Positions 63,289-64,000 of a stretch of DNA of 64,000 nt are shown one piece after another. The DNA comes from Adineta vaga. Taxonomy: Eukaryota; Animalia; Rotifera. The notes beneath the pieces are model-generated. The model searched no databases, was not told where the DNA came from, and saw nothing but the letters and a program-made list of their open reading frames with translations. Both the position numbers and the translations under genes were made by a program. The DNA is taken from assembly GCA_021613535.1 (NCBI GenBank), contig CP075494.1, positions 186,001 to 250,000 of the forward strand. Reading direction: 5' to 3'. The first letter of the stretch is position 1; each line of letters begins with the position of its first letter.

Positions 63289-64000
63289 CATAGGGTGATC
63301 CAAAAGTTCCCGGAACACCTCCTTTTTTATTGATTAACGAAACTTAACAAAAAACTTATTTCATTAAATGTTCGAAGTACTCGCCCTTGTTAGTTACACA
63401 AAGTTTCGTTCGTTCAATCCATTTGTTAAATGTCTTTCGAAACTCATTTTGTGGTATTGTCCGAATCTCCTTGGTTACAGCTTCTTGTAAGCTTTTAGAA
63501 TCAGAATAACTACCCAATTGATGTTTTAAATAACCAAATAACCAAAAGTCTGATGGTGCTAGATCAGGTGAATATGGTGGATGAGGCATCATCATGACTC
63601 CTTCTTGTTGAAGAAATATTTTAACATCTTTTGCTTGATGTGGTCTTGCATTGTCATGATGCAATTTAATTGCATGCAAACCAGATTTTGGTCTTTGTTG
63701 TCGGATATTGTCGAATAAAGGTTTTAGACAATTATCTTCGTAATAAGCACCAGATATCGAGCCACCCTTATCAACCATGTGAATAAGCTCTGGGCTTGTA
63801 GTTTGGAAGAAAACCACAAACATGTTTTTCGCATCGTATTGGCTTCGTCTAACCACCGTTGGTGGACTTGCACCTTCAGAACACCATGCCATATTTGATT
63901 GCTTCGATCCAATACTACGATGGTAGATCCATGTTTCATCACCGGTGACGATATCGCACAATCTCCATTGACCGGATTCCAGTTTTGCAAGATTATCTTC
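63289..64000 (-). mobile_element. Mariner element (DD34D transposase, CDS 63356 to beyond window end)
   Basis: IVTGDETW, LHHDNARPH, YSPDLAPSDF; terminal TAGGGTGATCCAAAAGTTCCCGGA next to a TA run. Confidence 0.92.

Overview
AT-rich eukaryotic DNA with ~50-nt GT-AG introns and gene families typical of bdelloid rotifers (divergent GPCRs, F-box/LRR-like, B-box-NHL, WWE-ART, TGTGGG/TGAGGG telomere-type repeats); the organism is inferred, probably Adineta or a relative. The centrepiece (31307-40841) is a composite mobile element. A hAT shell with 14-bp TIRs, an intact 8-bp TSD (GTAAACAT) and a transposase C-terminal remnant encloses an 8.9-kb head-to-head palindromic, endonuclease-less Penelope-like (Athena/Terminon-type) retroelement. 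That element has a coiled-coil ORF1 predicted to fuse to the RT by a -1 frameshift (U_UUU_UUA), three minimal hammerhead ribozymes, an antisense ORF, and a 76-nt CCA-ending tRNA-like sequence. About 25 short hairpins built from telomeric repeats punctuate the intergenic DNA. Other content: a Ginger-type integrase transposon, a nested MITE/foldback/Helentron field (11-20 kb), a mariner, a group of NAD-consuming, immune-like genes (SAM-TIR, WWE-ART, DEAH helicase-RBR-PARP) and a nitrate-reductase relic. Coordinates were read by eye and may be off by a few nt.
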